DNA from: the human T2T-CHM13v2.0 reference genome, Homo sapiens
Length of the DNA stretch: 64,000 nucleotides
Direction: 5' to 3' (one strand)
Assembly: GCF_009914755.1 (NCBI RefSeq)
Contig: NC_060938.1
A model generated the notes under the pieces. That model saw only the letters and a list, made by a program, of their open reading frames with translations. It was not told where the DNA came from and did not search any database. This document shows, one piece after another, positions 1-17,332 of the stretch (position 1 is its first letter; the number at the start of each line of letters is the position of its first letter). The translations under genes were made by a program, and so were the position numbers.

Positions 1-55
1 TGCCTCAGCCTCCCAAAGTGCTGGGATTATAGGCATGAGCCAACGTGCCTGGCCC

Positions 56-1085
56 TTTTTTTCCTTCATAATTGAGATTTCACTGGTTGTGTTGAAGATC
101 AGTACACAGACATTTCAATTTGTACCCAATTCTTAATATACATACCCAAAATCTAAAAGCCATGTATTTTAATTCTTTTTTAAAGTTATTCCAGTGACTT
201 TCCAGCTTAAAATCTGGAAGCAAACTTTCCTTATAAAGTCATCAAGTACCACTATCTTCACACATTGATAAGCTGTTACGCATGTCCCACCAATTCACAA
301 CTGAATAGCATGTACACTACAGATTCAAATTTTCAATCTTTCACAGCACTGTATCAAAGTTATTAGGAAAACAGGACTACCACGACCAAAGAGCTCACAG
401 AGTGCACGAAATTCTGACAGGGAGAGCCATCATCAAGGAGCAGTTTTCTTTAGGAAACAGTTCTACTAAAAAACAACACGGGAACAGAAGTAATTAAAAA
501 TGTTCAATACATTAAATGCAGGACTGTGACTCCATAGTGCCATTTAGTATGCCTGGTATTATAGGATATAAAAACTAACCCCCCAACTACGGAATGCTAA
601 GCTGACACCCAAGACAGTAAAAGCCTCCCACTACTCAATATCCCACACTGTCTTCTGGTTGTACCAAAAAGTAAACAACCAGAGAATGATTTCACCTCCT
701 AAAAAAAAGCACTGACACTTCAAAGGGGCTCTCCTCAGTTTTAGTTTCTTGTTTTCTGCAGGTAAATCTTCAGTTTCTTGGTTAGCCACTTCTGACTTTT
801 CCCCCTTTGCTCCCCTTTTCCCTTTTGTTTGCACTTTTTTGTCTGAAGATTTATCCTTTCCTGCTGCTTTCTCAGCTTCGTTTCCACTTTTGCAGGAGCA
901 GGTTCAGCTGATAAGCGTGCCGATCTCCTCTTGGGCTCTTCCTCTGTGGCCCATTCAGTGGAGCTGACCTTCCTCTTGGGCATCCTGGCTGCAGGGAAGG
1001 CGTGTGCCAAGCGCCTGCGAGGCATAGTGCATCTAGAGCCTCAGCAAAGCCGGGCTGCCTGGCTGCTGCCACGCCTCTCCCAAAC
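56..1085 (-). pseudogene. Processed HMGN1 pseudogene in ATG14 intron 3
   Basis: ATG at 983: MPKRKVSS..EEPKRRSARLSA (HMGN nucleosome-binding motif), then a frameshift; QTKGKRGAKG..EVANQET.EDLPAEN in another frame; intronless, with a long 3'UTR and an A-tail remnant near 56. Confidence 0.93.
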
Positions 1086-1098
1086 TCTTTAATTGTTA

Positions 1099-1319
<221 letters not shown>

Positions 1320-1689
1320 TAAAGGTTCTCCCCACTCCAAGATTATGTAAATAGCCACCCATATTTTCTTTGACACATTTAATCATTAATCCATTTGGAG
1401 TGTGTATGATAAATAATTTTTGCAAAAAAGAATAACAGCCCATTGTTTTTGTTTTTCTATGTCAACATGTCAGGTTTCATAATTATCCTTTACAATGGCT
1501 CCATAATTAATTGCCGATACCCCATTTTTGGTAACTAGATGAAATATTTGAGAAAGCCACGCTACAAGTGGATTAAGTAGAGGACTGCTAAATACGATTT
1601 TTAAAAATTTTAATTAAAAATAATTTTATAAGCTCTACCAACTTAAAAACATGTAGCCTCAAGTAAAAAGAACATGTATTACAACTTAC

Positions 1690-1732
1690 CAACTGATCTG
1701 TTATCCATTTTCCTTCCATAGCTTTTAACACT
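1690..1732 (-). CDS. ATG14: ATG14 coding exon 3; the gene continues left of the window
   Basis: cacag|A GTG TTA...CAG TTG|gtaagt; (E)VLKAMEGKWITDQL; 43 nt, cumulative 327 nt = 109 codons. Confidence 0.95.
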
Positions 1733-2524
1733 CTGTGAGGAAAAGAGACAGAAAATAAGCTCTTAAAAATAATAAAATTCTGTGAAGTTCAAAAATGTAA
1801 AATCAAACACTTAAAATTAAGTCCTTAGAAATGGCTAGAAATATCAAAACGGGACTTAGCATTTAAAGTGTTTTCCAAATTCCCTGTTCTCTGCAATTTT
1901 TTTCATCTCCTTCCTTTTGTAGTTCTGAATATTGCTAAGAGCCTTTCTACAAATGTCCACAATAAATCTGCCTAACAGTCTTAGCCTTTGTCCTCAGTCA
2001 TCATCAGTAACTGCCATCCGTCATAATTCATAGCAATAGTTACAAGAGAATTAATGATCTAATAGTTCCCAAAGAAATGATACATGCCAGCATCTCCACA
2101 TATTGGTTCTATGGAATAAAATGTTCTATGGGAAAAATAAAGTTTTTGTGTTTGAGTAATTAGGGAAATTGCAGAGTTAAATAAATTCAAGCAAGTTTCT
2201 CTAATACAGAATATCCTGGTAGATTTAAATTGCTCATGAATGTGTTTATCAGACCACTGCAAACTCTAGAGAAGCTTGGGTTACACTTTGGGAATCAGTG
2301 GCCTGAGCATTAACTGTTTTCATCGGGGGTGTGAGACATCCACGTTGGCATGGTTTGGGGAGATGCCACAAAAGAGACAACCCTTTTAGAACCTTGAGAG
2401 TTGGGCAGGGCGTGCTCAGAGAAGAGGAAAAGCACTGAGGTAAAGAGAAACTGAATGAAGGCACAAGAGATGCAAACCTCTAGGGTGCATCTAGGGAGCA
2501 GGTTTTATACCAGAAGGTTCTATA

Positions 2525-2760
2525 GGACAATTCTCAATCCTAGGGGGTCAGAGATTCATCAGGGGTGCCTGTTAATAACTCAGATTCCCACCATTCCCCC
2601 CCACAAAAAAAACAAACCTCAGATTCCTAGGCCTCTCCCCAGAGCTACTGAATCAGAATCTCTGAGGATAGGATTCCAAGAATCTGAATTTTTAACCATT
2701 AACTCAGCTAATGAATTCTGATACAGGTAATGTGCAGACCATATGTTGTAAAATACTGAT
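2525..2760. mobile_element. MER5 (hAT-Charlie) DNA transposon remnant
   Basis: ctactgaatcagaatctctg core. Confidence 0.65.
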
Positions 2761-3121
2761 ATGGACAAAAGAAGAATGGTAAATGGAAGCAGTAATGTCC
2801 TATGGGAGCCACCAGCACTAATTTAAGTCTACTAATCATGCTGACTGTCCTGGACCCACACATCAATTATCAGTGCCAGGGATTTGATTCACTGAGTATC
2901 TACTGTATACCACACACCGGATCTGAGGCCAGTATTTTCTAGAAACTTGGTAACTTCTCCTGCTTTACCTCTCCCACATGCACTCCTTTCCTACACTTTA
3001 AGAGGTTGTATCCTAAATTCAGTAAGTTAGCAATCCGTATATCTGCATACCACAGCACTGAATTCAACCAAATGTTGACTAGATCACCTCCACAAATTAA
3101 AAGACAAAACAAAACACTCAC

Positions 3122-3184
3122 TCTTTCTGAAATTCTTCTTGCTTGCTCTTAAGTCGGCTTAACCTTTCCTTCTTGTCGATAAAC
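3122..3184 (-). CDS. ATG14: ATG14 coding exon 2
   Basis: ttacag|G TTT ATC...AAA GA|gtgagt; (R)FIDKKERLSRLKSKQEEFQK(E); 63 nt, phase continues from exon 1. Confidence 0.96.
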
Positions 3185-3635
3185 CTGTAACAAAAAAATT
3201 CAATGTCTTATTTAAATGGTCATTTTTTCAGTTCAATGAGACTATGCAAATTCCCAAGAACCAATCATTCTGCAGAGTCATGTGAAAATGTCATTGTCCT
3301 GATAGTAAATACACGTCTTCTCAACGGGGTGCACACAACTGCTAACCATTTGGTTCTTTTAAAACTAAGCTCAAATCCTCAACTTTAAAATTATTTCCTG
3401 TGTTTATAAAATATGTCTATAGATATCTTCCGCCCAGATTAAATTATTTGTCAAAACAGGCACATCAGAACACTAAAGTGAATTTGAATTCAAGGAAATT
3501 GATGCTTTCACTAGAAAACAAATTTTAATTACTAATCTGGATTCAATCCTGCTCTCTCCTATAAACTGATTCCTTATAATAAATTTTTAAAAATTGTAGA
3601 CTTTTTTTCACTAATTTTATTGCTAGTTATCATAG

Positions 3636-4514
<879 letters not shown>

Positions 4515-4515
<1 letters not shown>

Positions 4516-5155
4516 GATCTGTGCTGTTCAATGTGGTAGCCACCAGCCACACATGGCTACTGAGTGCCTAAGATGTGGCTTGCTGCTTAATAAGGGCATG
4601 GACAAAAAAAAAAAAATTGTATGACTAACATCATACAACTGACTGTGGAGTGAACGTGACCCACTGACCATTTTCAAGGGAACAGGGATAATGACTCATG
4701 CTGCAGTAACATGATGTGGTGTTCAAGAATAGGCTTTTGGCTATTTCCCAGCAAAAAGGAAAACAATTCAACAGGCCATAACAGACCTAAAAATATTCTG
4801 GACAAAGAAGTCTTTCTAAAATACTATTTCTGTAATCCCATGTTGGAAACATACCCCAAGATGTCTGCTTCTAAGAGGAATAAATAAAATGGTCTAATCA
4901 TGACCCTAACAAATTTAATAGTCACTGAAAATGCACAATATACATTAAACAGAAAAAGCAAATAGGCAATATTATATGTGACAGAATTATATACTTATAA
5001 TGTGACTATTTAAATTTAAATTAATTAAAATTATATTAAAAGTTCAGTTCCTCAGTTGTACTGCCATCCACATTCCAACAGCCACATATGACTTACCGGA
5101 TGGTGTACATACAGAACATTCCCATCATTGTGGAAAGTTCTACTGAATAGCACTG
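4515..5155. mobile_element. MER3/MER33-like fragments (~4515-4580 and ~5000-5155)
   Basis: ggtagccaccagccacacatggctactgag and cagaacattcccatcatt..gaaagttctact. Confidence 0.55.
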
Positions 5156-5754
5156 TAATGTCCAGTAAGGTGGCAACAGCATGAACCAGTATTAGAAAAC
5201 TCAGAAACCAATGTGGAATGTGGATGAACCCATAGATTCATCAGTCAGTCTATCAGGCATTTACTATGTACCTGCAACACAAAACAAGGCATCCTCCAGA
5301 ATACTAAGAAATCTAATTATAAATTCTCCTGCAGTTGACTGTGAATTCTTGGACCTATCACTTGTTATATGCTTCTGTTTCCTTGTATCAAAAATGAGAG
5401 ACTAATATAGTATTTACTTTTATATCAGTGAGACAACAGGGTGATTTATGTTCTGATAATTAGAAAATAATAAACTCACAAGTTAGCAATCTCAAACCAT
5501 GCAAAGGACTGACAGGGAAAATCAAATCTTGACTTCAGAGGCCATAAAAGTTCTCCTTTGAGGTCTGTTGTAAAAATGCCACTTTGCTCTAAAACAAATT
5601 GGGAAGACAGACAACTGTGTCTAGCTTAATAGTGAGCTGGTTGATTTTCTTGGACTTTGTTAAAAACACAAAAGAAACAAACTCTTACAAATATACAGAT
5701 GGCAGCAGGAATAACAAACAAAAGATAAGTCCTAGTGTATCAAATATTGAAAGG

Positions 5755-5793
5755 AATGGCAAAAACAGCAATTACTTTTGCACCAACCTAATA
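5755..5793. mobile_element. Half of a MADE1 (Hsmar1-derived) element
   Basis: aatggcaaaaacagcaattacttttgcaccaacctaata is the mariner terminal inverted repeat. Confidence 0.8.
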
Positions 5794-6371
5794 CTTCATG
5801 AGTCACGTCCTCCTTCATGAAAGAAATCAAAAATAGGTGGTGTCAGTAAAGCAAAAGAGCAAATGATACCAAACCACATGCGTGGGTCAGGGCTGCAACT
5901 GCTCACTCAGTCACTCATCCAGGCTCTGCAGTCTCCATCCCACCACTCACAGAAGGAGATAAAAAATTCATTCCACAAGTCTGTGCTTTCTCAATACAGC
6001 TTCCAAGAGGTGAAAAATAGAGTATCACTATATTCAAACCAAATTTAATGATACATATTATATATATAGTTTTTAAAAGTGTGTGTAGGGGGATCCATAT
6101 TTCACATATTGTTTTCCAAATTGCAGCTGTCACATAAAGTATCTTGGTCTCTTTTTCCATGCCAGAACATATTGATCTAATTCACTAATAGGTACACGGC
6201 ATTTCACTGGATGGACACCATATAATTTATTTATATAAACCTCTACAGGTGAACACCATTCTTCCTTCCAAATTTTCACTATGATCAGTAACGATACAAG
6301 TGAATAGCCTAGTGCACTTTTATAGGCTTTCAAGTTTCTCCATGAGAAATTCCTACAAATAAAATAAACTG

Positions 6372-6710
<339 letters not shown>

Positions 6711-8527
6711 ACTGCTTAGTCAAAGAATATTTACAGCAAAATTGTGGGCAATCCTCAAATTTCCTCTAAAACACTTTATACAGTTTACAACCCCACCAAC
6801 AGCACCTGTTTTCTCACACTCTCCCCAAACACTGGACATTTCTTTTTATTCTTTGCTAATCTGATTGGCCTCCCATCCCTCCCTCTGAGAGATGGTTTGT
6901 AATTCATTTATTTGCATTTATTTCATTATGAGAAAGTTTGAACAACTTTTCATATTTTACTGGCTACTGATTTTTCTTGTTATTTCCCTATGTCCTTCAT
7001 CCAATTTTTTATAGTTTTTTTTTTCCTTTGAGGATTATTTAGCAGGGAAATTGGCCATTTTTATTTCACACAAATTATTTTTTCTATTTTCATGTTACTT
7101 ATGTTTCTGCTCTACAGAATTTTCTGAACTTTTATGTAGGCATACATCTTTTTGTTGTTGTTGTTTAATGACACTAGTTTTTGTGCTGTTTTCTGAAAGA
7201 AATCTGCCAGTGAACCTGTTCCATGCCTGGCTCTTACAACACTATTTTCCGTATTTTCTCTCCCAATTAAAAAAGTCTTCTATATTATTCACTAAATTAT
7301 TCCATACTTATATGATTTGGGTTGTTCCCCCCTAAAAAGTATTCTCTCAAATGAACTTTGTTGTTTCATAAATTCTTCCATACTTTTATGACTTATGATT
7401 TTTTTTTCTGTTAAAAAAAGGTACTCCCTTAAACTGACTTTCCAGCAGTCCCTCTGTGATACAGATTGATGGGAACAAGGAGAAGGGTGCTCGCACACAG
7501 CCCCAGTGGCACCAGAGAAAGCACACAACCCAGCTCGGGCTTCAGAGGCAGCCACCCAGGAGCGCTGCCTGTCCAAGCTGAGACCTGAGGGTGAGCCAGA
7601 GTTGATCCTGTTAAGGGAAGGAAGGGTATGGAGGCAGAGAAAATTCTATGTAACTGCACCAAGCATTTCAACACGCCAAGTGGGAAAACAATGACGGGAG
7701 TATGCTACTAATGAGGTAGTGGTTATGAATGCGAGTCTCACTTCCACTCTGTTCCCCGGCTACAATCATGGGCAACTGAGTGGACCTAACCACAGGTCAG
7801 ACAATTCACATAAATCTGCCTTATATTACCAGAAAAACAACACCAGGGCATGCACTCTATTAGGGATGCAGACTATTAATTCTGTGCTAGGAATAACTAG
7901 CCTCACCGTAACACCCACAATTTACTGAGCACTTACTATGTCCCAAGCACAGCACCTTTCATAACATAACTCTCACCCCTCCACCTGCCTGTCTAGTCCT
8001 TTCCCTCATCCTAGGGCTAAACATTTACTTTGTGCCTAAGGTTATGGCAATGAAAAGTCTCAGAAACACTACTAATGTATTTTAAGAAAGGCAAAAAATA
8101 GATTTCAAATAAGCAATTGAGGGCCTAAAAAAAAATATTCGACCTTTTGATTCGGTTATTGCATTTCAAAGAATCTATCCTAAGAAAATAACAGAGATGA
8201 GGAAAGATTCATGTTTGAAGGCACCAATCACAAAATCAGTCCTAATAGCAAGAAACTGGAAACTAGTGTTCAATGGGAGAAAGACTAAATGATAGTATAT
8301 TGCCACAAAAGACATTAAAATATTTTTATCGGCAAAGATATGAGTATGCTTTTATTCTTTAATCATACAAGAGTATGATTTTCATAGGCAAATAAGATTT
8401 AAAAACCTGGTCCTTATCAGGATTTTTTAACTTTATGTTAGAATATTTAGGATATGAGAAAGCATAGCATAAATATATCCCACTGTCAGGAATAAAGGTT
8501 AAAAATCATTTACAGAAATTAGAAACA

Positions 8528-8642
8528 GGCCAGGTGTGGTGGCTCACACCTGTAATCTCAACACTTTAGGGAGCCTGAGGCAGGAATATTATTTGAATCG
8601 AGTTCAAGACCAGCCTGGCAACATAGTAAGACTCCATCTCTA

Positions 8643-8698
<56 letters not shown>

Positions 8699-8855
8699 TA
8701 AATAGCTGGGCATAGTGGTGCATGGCTACAGTCCTAACTTCTCTGGAGGCTCAGGTAGGAGGATCATTTGAGCCCATGAATTAGAGGCTGCAGTGAGCTA
8801 TGATCCTACACTATACTTTGGCCTGGATGGCAGAGTGAGAACCTGTCTCTCAAAA
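8528..8855 (+). mobile_element. AluJ with an (A)n(TA)n-expanded linker
   Basis: Full dimer; microsatellite at 8645-8702. Confidence 0.88.
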
Positions 8856-11800
8856 CATAAAATAGAAACAAAGTGTTGTTTAGTTTCCTCATTTGTAAAA
8901 TGGGAATAATGCTTACATACTCCTTGGTAAAGGGATTAAAAAAATGTGAAAGCAGTGGGTACAGATGCTTAGCACACACATATGCCAGCTTTCCATTTCT
9001 TCACTGCAACGAATGATTCTGCACTTAATCTTACCATGCATTAAACTCAACTATAGAATCAGACCACAAAAAGAGACTGAGGGATTATGAAACCAGGATA
9101 AGGCAGTTCTAACTACACTCGCTTCTTCTGCACACAGAGAAAATGTATACTACAGTTCCTTCATTCAGCTTACTCTAAACTGGGACAGCCTTTAGAAACA
9201 AAAATAGAAAAATTCATTTTTGTTTGTAAAATAGTAAATAAACAGAAAAATAAAAGGGATAGTCATATATAATCTTTTTTTTTTCATGAAGTGACCTGAA
9301 TGATTCTAACTTTGGGTTTTAAAAAGATAAAAGTTTACAGCTGTAAAAGGAATAATATTGTGTACCGGCATGAAAAGACGTTTAGGTATGTTAAATGACA
9401 AAACAACAACAACATCAACAACAACAACGAACCAGCAAAATAGTATGTATTGTGTGATCCCACTTTGGCAGAGAATATGCATAGGATATTGAGGACTGTG
9501 CATCATCTATAATAGAGGCACCTTTATGTGGTGGGATTGTGAGAGAATTTTCCTATTTCTACAATGTTTGAGCTAAACATTTCAAAATTTCAAATGTCAT
9601 ATTTACAACATTTAGCTCTCTTTAAAAACATGCATTTTAGATTTAAAATGTAAATTTAAAATTCAAAATACTCAAATTCAACTACATCTTGTTTGAAGAA
9701 AATATCCAAAATAAAAATGTTTTTAAAATTTGATGGGATGGAAATGGTCACTGAGAGTTATTCTTTACCAAGGAGGAGACCCATGGAACTGACCTTCTGG
9801 GAGCCTGGATTATATAATTTACTTGAGGTAGATCAGCTCAAGAGGAGTTCACAAATATCTATCCCAAACAGGGTCTGATTATTAAGTGTACTAAGTTTTC
9901 CATTTTAAGACATGACTACAAATTCATCTGAAAAATATTTTAAAGGATTAAAGTAGGGCTGGAGACTTTCACTTGGCTCTGGCTGAAAGTAGTTCAATTT
10001 TACTAAAAAGACACTCACTGAAATCTCACAATGACACCTTAACCACAACCCTGATCCCTAAAGCACTCTGCTCCCTTCTAAAAGAAAACACATGCTCTCT
10101 CTTAATCCTTACACTGCCCTCTGGGATGTGCCATCACTGCTCTGCCATGCGCAAGTAAGCACTCAATTTCCATCATCACGTCAATTCAGTACCTTCCCTA
10201 GCAACAGGAAGTGGCAAATCTCAGGATTACTTTTATATAATCACATTTTATTTTCCATGAAGTATGTCTTTTGGTGTTCAAAAGAGACGAGATTATGAAA
10301 ACTCTTTTGCATTATGACAGGCCTTGAAAATATCTAGAGGGAGAGAACCTGGGCATTCCAGGAATCTTCACACAAGTGGCAGGGTGTACAGGTGGGGGGT
10401 GCTGCCTCTCCAGGGTTAATCCCAGCCCTTGGTTCACTAGAGCACATATGACCTTCCAAAGATACAGCGCAATCTGTATAACAAAATGGAATGTTTTTCT
10501 TTTCCGATACTGTTATACACACACATGCAGAGTATAAAAATATAGTTCAGATCTAAATGTGAACTTAAGATTAGTATAACCCAGGAGTAAGTCAGCCACA
10601 ACACCCCTGAGACTCAGTTTCCTCTGCTTAAAATACATTAATAACTCATGGGGTGAGGGTAGGGAAGAAATGAGATAGTAAATGCAAAAACCTTTTATAA
10701 GTTCTAAAAGGTATAATCATAAGAGTAGCCAGTGATACTAGCTGAAAATAAGTTATATTTTCTTAGCAGATCCACATTTTCTGGTGGAAATACCATAAAC
10801 AAACTCCATGGGACAGGAATTGAGACCCTCTGAAGGACACAGTGAAACAGTCGTAAGGCTGATGAACTCTTGTCTACCTGTAGAGCTTTTGTTCTGCTGA
10901 GTTCAGTATACAGAATTGAATTCTCAAGACAATAGATTTTTACGGGCCACAGTGGCTGACAAACAAAAATATACTGAAGGGAGAACAGAAGTATCTAAAG
11001 GATATTTTTTGGATGTTGGTTGTGCCTTCCCCTTGAAATCTGCAATAATATTTAAATTTCTTCCTCATCCTTTATCCCATTTCTCAATTTGTTTAGGGCA
11101 TGCATTTCTGTTTCCTGGCAAAAGTATAATCATATATTCTAAAACTTGTCAGTGAAGGTAATGTGGCATCATTCCTGAAAACATAATTATAAAGTAGTAT
11201 CTATATGTTCATACAATTTGTCTCTCTTTTTAATCCACATGTGAAAATCAGTGGCTCCTAAACCAGCAGATACATTTCCCCAGGTATCCTTAGATTAATT
11301 CTCAGTCCCATTCCCCCACCTAACATGAACTGGTAACCAATTTCTTTCCTGTTGTGAGTGGAAAGATTACTTCAACCTATCAGGTATCTACTGGGTAGCA
11401 GTGCTATTTCTGGTGTCAGACAAATACATAATCCATACAGTTCTGTTCCTGTAATTTTAATATGTCCAGCAGTACAGATCCAAAGACTGTGTTGGAGGTA
11501 CTGCCTAATATCATTCTTCTTCTTCATCCCTTAAGGAAGCATACAGTTTAAAAGGCAGATGACAGGGAACACGCCTTCAGTTTACACTGAAGCCTGGGTC
11601 TCCCCTGGGGGTGGGGTGGCGGGGGGGGCAGGGGAAGAAAAGGCAGATGTGAAAGCAGAGGAGGTATTGTTCAGGACTGGGGGCAAGGTGGGGGATGAGG
11701 AAAGGATGATGTGGGTGAGGATACCAAAGTTGTAGGGAAGTCTTCCCATCGAACAACGACAAAAAAATAATGAGTTTAGGTATTTCTCAACTAATCTGCC

Positions 11801-12576
11801 AAACTCATATTGTCCCCAAAAGTAAAGACACATGGTTCCCTTCTTAAGAGTCAAAGGAACTAATTAATGTGAGATCAATTTATTTCTTTAATACTTAATT
11901 TTCCTTGAGCTGCTAAACCACTAAAACCTAGATATTCAGCTAGTCTGTTAATGAAACCTGAAAAAAATACATTTACCTTTACAAGAACTTTGATATGCAT
12001 TATCACATTCAAGATCCATGCAGGCACAGACGGTTTGGCTAATTTACTGAAAATCAGAGGTTAAACAAGGGTTTTAAAACTGTGCTGTAAGGTTCCAGAT
12101 TTTATTAACAAGTGGTTTTCTACAGTTAGTGAGGGGCTTTTCATGAAGTTAAGGGGAAAAAGAGTCTAAAGGCAATCACAGAATCAAAATTTTCAAAAAT
12201 TATGAAGATAGAATATCTCACAATCAACCTGTGGCCCTCAGAGTTCAAGGCCTATTGACAGTCGGTAAAAATCCTTGAGAGCAGAGACCTGTCTTTCTCC
12301 TCTGTATTGCCAGAAAATTTTGTGCACATAACAGTGCCCAATGAGAGCTCATTAAAAAATATCTGGCTATTAGAACAATGGTCCTGGGTCTCGAGATTCT
12401 TTCACCTTATTAGATACTGGGCACTATTCTGGAAACAAAGAAAAACTAACAAACTATTCTTCTTAAAGCACATAGTCTGGAAAAGAGAAAGATGGAGAGT
12501 TAGGTGAAGCTGACCTAAGCAGACCACTGTGACAGTCCTGTTATCCCTGAACCCTAAAATTTCTTTTTTATTCTAA

Positions 12577-13295
<719 letters not shown>

Positions 13296-13901
13296 CCTAT
13301 GTTGAGTTTTAAAAGTTGTATTGCTTTTGACATTCCTTCAACAACATGCCTAAGTTCTGCTACCTGCTGCTGCTGGGCTGGTGATCTGAAAGAACAAGAC
13401 CAGAATTCATGCCTTCATGAAACTACATTCTGGATGTGGCTATCTTCCTCAAATAAATAATATTACACATTGTGTGTGGTACCATGAAAGAAATAGGGTA
13501 CTGTGATAGCAAATAATGAATAGGGGAAAAGATGGAGGTGGGAACCTATCTTAGTGAAGGAGGTCAGGAAAGGCCTCACCGAAGAAGTGGCCTTTAAGTT
13601 GAATGGTGAAAGACAAGGTATCAATCAGGAGGAAAAGTGTTCCAGGCAGAAGAAACGGCAAGGAAAAAGCCCCATTGGTGGAAGTTTCATGTGACTGAGG
13701 ATTTGAGAGAAGGCCTACAACTGTGGAGCAGTGAAAAAGAGGGAGCACAAGGATGAACTTATTTGAGTGCGTAATACATTCTAGGCATCATGCTAACCAC
13801 TTTAAATGCATGCTTTATGTAATCACTACTAGAAACCTATGAAGTTAGATACCCTGCCATTTACAAAATGAAATAAACATGAAGTTAAGAAACTTGCTCA
13901 G

Positions 13902-14555
<654 letters not shown>

Positions 14556-15691
14556 TCAAGGGAGCATGAGTCAAAAGCCCACATTTTAAACTCAACCTTA
14601 GAGTCTAAATTAGAGAGGCAAACAGTAGCCAAATCACATGAGGCTTCGTATGCCATAGTAAGGAGCTTGGATTTTATTTTAAATGCAATGGGAGCCAATG
14701 AAAGGTTTAAGCAAAACAGTGACATTATCTTATTTACATTTCTATTGTGGCTGCTGTTTGGAGACCAGAGGCAAGGTAAGGAAGAGTTGTCTGACTAAAA
14801 GAAGGGAGATCACTACGTAGTCAGGAGAGAAATGATGGTGGTCTGAACTAAAACTCGGATAGATTCAAGATATATTTTCACATCAAAGTGAATTAGACTT
14901 GCTGAGTTTTGGATGCAGAGAGGAAGAGAAAAAGAAAAGTATAGGATAACTCCCAGTTTTCTGGCTTTAGTAACAAATGGATCATGATGAATAATACTGA
15001 AACGGTCTAGAAACTGAGTTTGGGAAAGAGGGACAGAGTCAGTTCAATCATTCCATAAATCTTTATTGAGTTTCTACTATGTGAGAATACAACAGTGTAT
15101 AAAAGAGAAAAACTCTTGCCCTCATAGAGTTTATATCACTGGGGTGGGGGCAGTTAGACAAATTAATATGTACAACCATCACATGGTGGTAAGTGTTATG
15201 GAAAAGAAAAGATAATAAAGCTGGTTAAATACGCATGAGGTTAGCATTTTAATAGAAGGATCAGAAAGAGTCTAACGTATGAGCAGGCACCTAAAAAAAA
15301 AAACAAAGGAGGCAGCCCTGAAGATTTCTGAGAGAAAGAGTTCCTGGCTGTCTAAATACCACTGCGAAGGTCCTGAGGAAGGAGTGTTCTTGGTATGTTT
15401 GAGGACAGACAAGGAGGCCACAGTGGCACAGCAGATTAGGTAAGGGAGAAAATAATAGGAGATTAAATCAGAGGAACAGATAATATAGAACTTTGGTTAA
15501 GGACTCCAGCTTTTACTTTGGGTAAAGTGAAAAACCACTGGAAGATTTGAACAGAAATGGAGGAGTAGCATAACTGTGGCTGCAATATGGAAATTGTACA
15601 AAAGGGGAGCAAGGACGGAAGCAGAGACATAAGAGGAAATAAGTTTATGTCTCTGGTAGATTGGACCAGGTGATGGTGAAAGGGTAAGATT

Positions 15692-15761
15692 TAAGATAAG
15701 TTTTGAAGAGTAGATGGGATTTGTTGTAAGATAAGTTTTGAAGAGTAGATGGGATTTGTTG
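15692..15761 (+). repeat. Perfect 35-bp tandem duplication
   Basis: taagataagttttgaagagtagatgggatttgttg x2. Confidence 0.93.
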
Positions 15762-17332
15762 ATGGGACTAAACAGAGTTGGGTTAAGAGAGGAGTCAAGG
15801 AGAACTGAAAGGTTTTTTAGCCTGAACCAAAGGAACAATGAGATTGACATTTACTGGGTTGGGATGAGCATGGGAAAACAGATTTATGATGGAAAACAAG
15901 GAGTTCAGTTTGCCATATTAAAATGAAGATATCTATTACAAATCTAAAAATATTGATGTTGAATAAGCAGCTGTTTTCTGGACTTTAGAGAAGACTAGGT
16001 TGGAGATACAAGTCTGGCAGTCTTAAGCATATAGATGGTATTTAAATTATGTGAATAGACATAGTAAAACGTGTAGACAGACAAGAAGGTCCAGAACCAA
16101 ATCCTCGATTCACTCCATCAGTTAGACATTTCCATCTCATACCCCGTATTCTTATAACTGGTTTAATTTTTAAAGCTATCACTTACTACATAAGCAGTTT
16201 CTAAAGTCATCAAGAGCACCAATAAGACACAGCAACAAAACTAAAAAAGAGTTTGTCATTCAAACCTCCTCAAAAGAGAAAGGAAAGAACTCCATCCACG
16301 ATCACAGAAATACTAAGAACTCAAAACATTCCCAAATATAGAGGATATAAAGTCTAGTGGTTAAGTGCGGGTACATAGGTCCAAGCTGTCTGAATTTTAA
16401 TTCTTGTACCAACACTTAACTATTTGTGTGACCTGGGGCAAAGCACTTACTGTGCAGCTTCCTAATAAGTTGGGGATAAGTCATTCGGTTGTTGCGAATG
16501 AATTAATACCTGAATTTTTGTGCTCAGAATGCTAGCTATCTTACTATCATTGACTATCATTGACACTAAATTGTTGAAACATAAGTTGAGAGTGGGAGAT
16601 CCTGCAGCTAATCACACTAATTTTTCAATTTTCTTAACCAAGAACTTGTAGCTGTTTAGATTTCGAAATGAAACCAAAACATTTTCCTAAAGGCAATTCT
16701 CTTAACTAAAAGCATGCAGCTCCCAATCTGAATTTTAAAACAAGGCCAAAACACGTTCCCAAATTCCTAAGAATCTAAAATAATCTTTAGAGGCAGGGAG
16801 GGGAAAGGGGCGTTAACAGCAAGCCTCAATTCACACATTAGAGTAAGCATGTCTGATAACAAAGTCCATCTGTGACAGACTACCAGGCCCAAATCCCTCT
16901 AAAGCAGTTATTTGATTCTCTTCTACTCTCTCCTCTAGAGAATGAGTATAAATATGCTTTCGAAAATAGAAAGCCAAGCTTTTGAATGGGAGTACATACA
17001 GCAAAGAGCTGGGAATCTAACTTAATGGCAGCAACGGGAAAACTTCTCCAGAGAGTCACCACTTATTCCTTTTTTCCCCAGTGACCAAGAGCACCGTGGG
17101 GTCAAACTCCTCTTGGGTGGGTGATGGGGAAACGGCGACCTTCCCTCATCTGGCCCCTACGCTGTCCTCTGGTAGCAAAGCTCCGGTGCAGAGCAGCTAG
17201 CTACACTCCCTCTCTCTCGCTCCTCTCGCTGGTATCTGGTGCCCGGACGGGGAGCCCCAGGTTCCAGCCTTCGGCTGCCTGGCTGGAGGACACACAGCAG
17301 AAGAAACAATAGGGCCGTGGCGGCCGCCGTAC

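Noticed and set aside
4691-5804. AP-1 motifs ATGACTCAT and TGAGTCA in ATG14 intron 1
   Set aside because: Short motifs expected by chance; the first does not fit the NRF2 ARE spacing.
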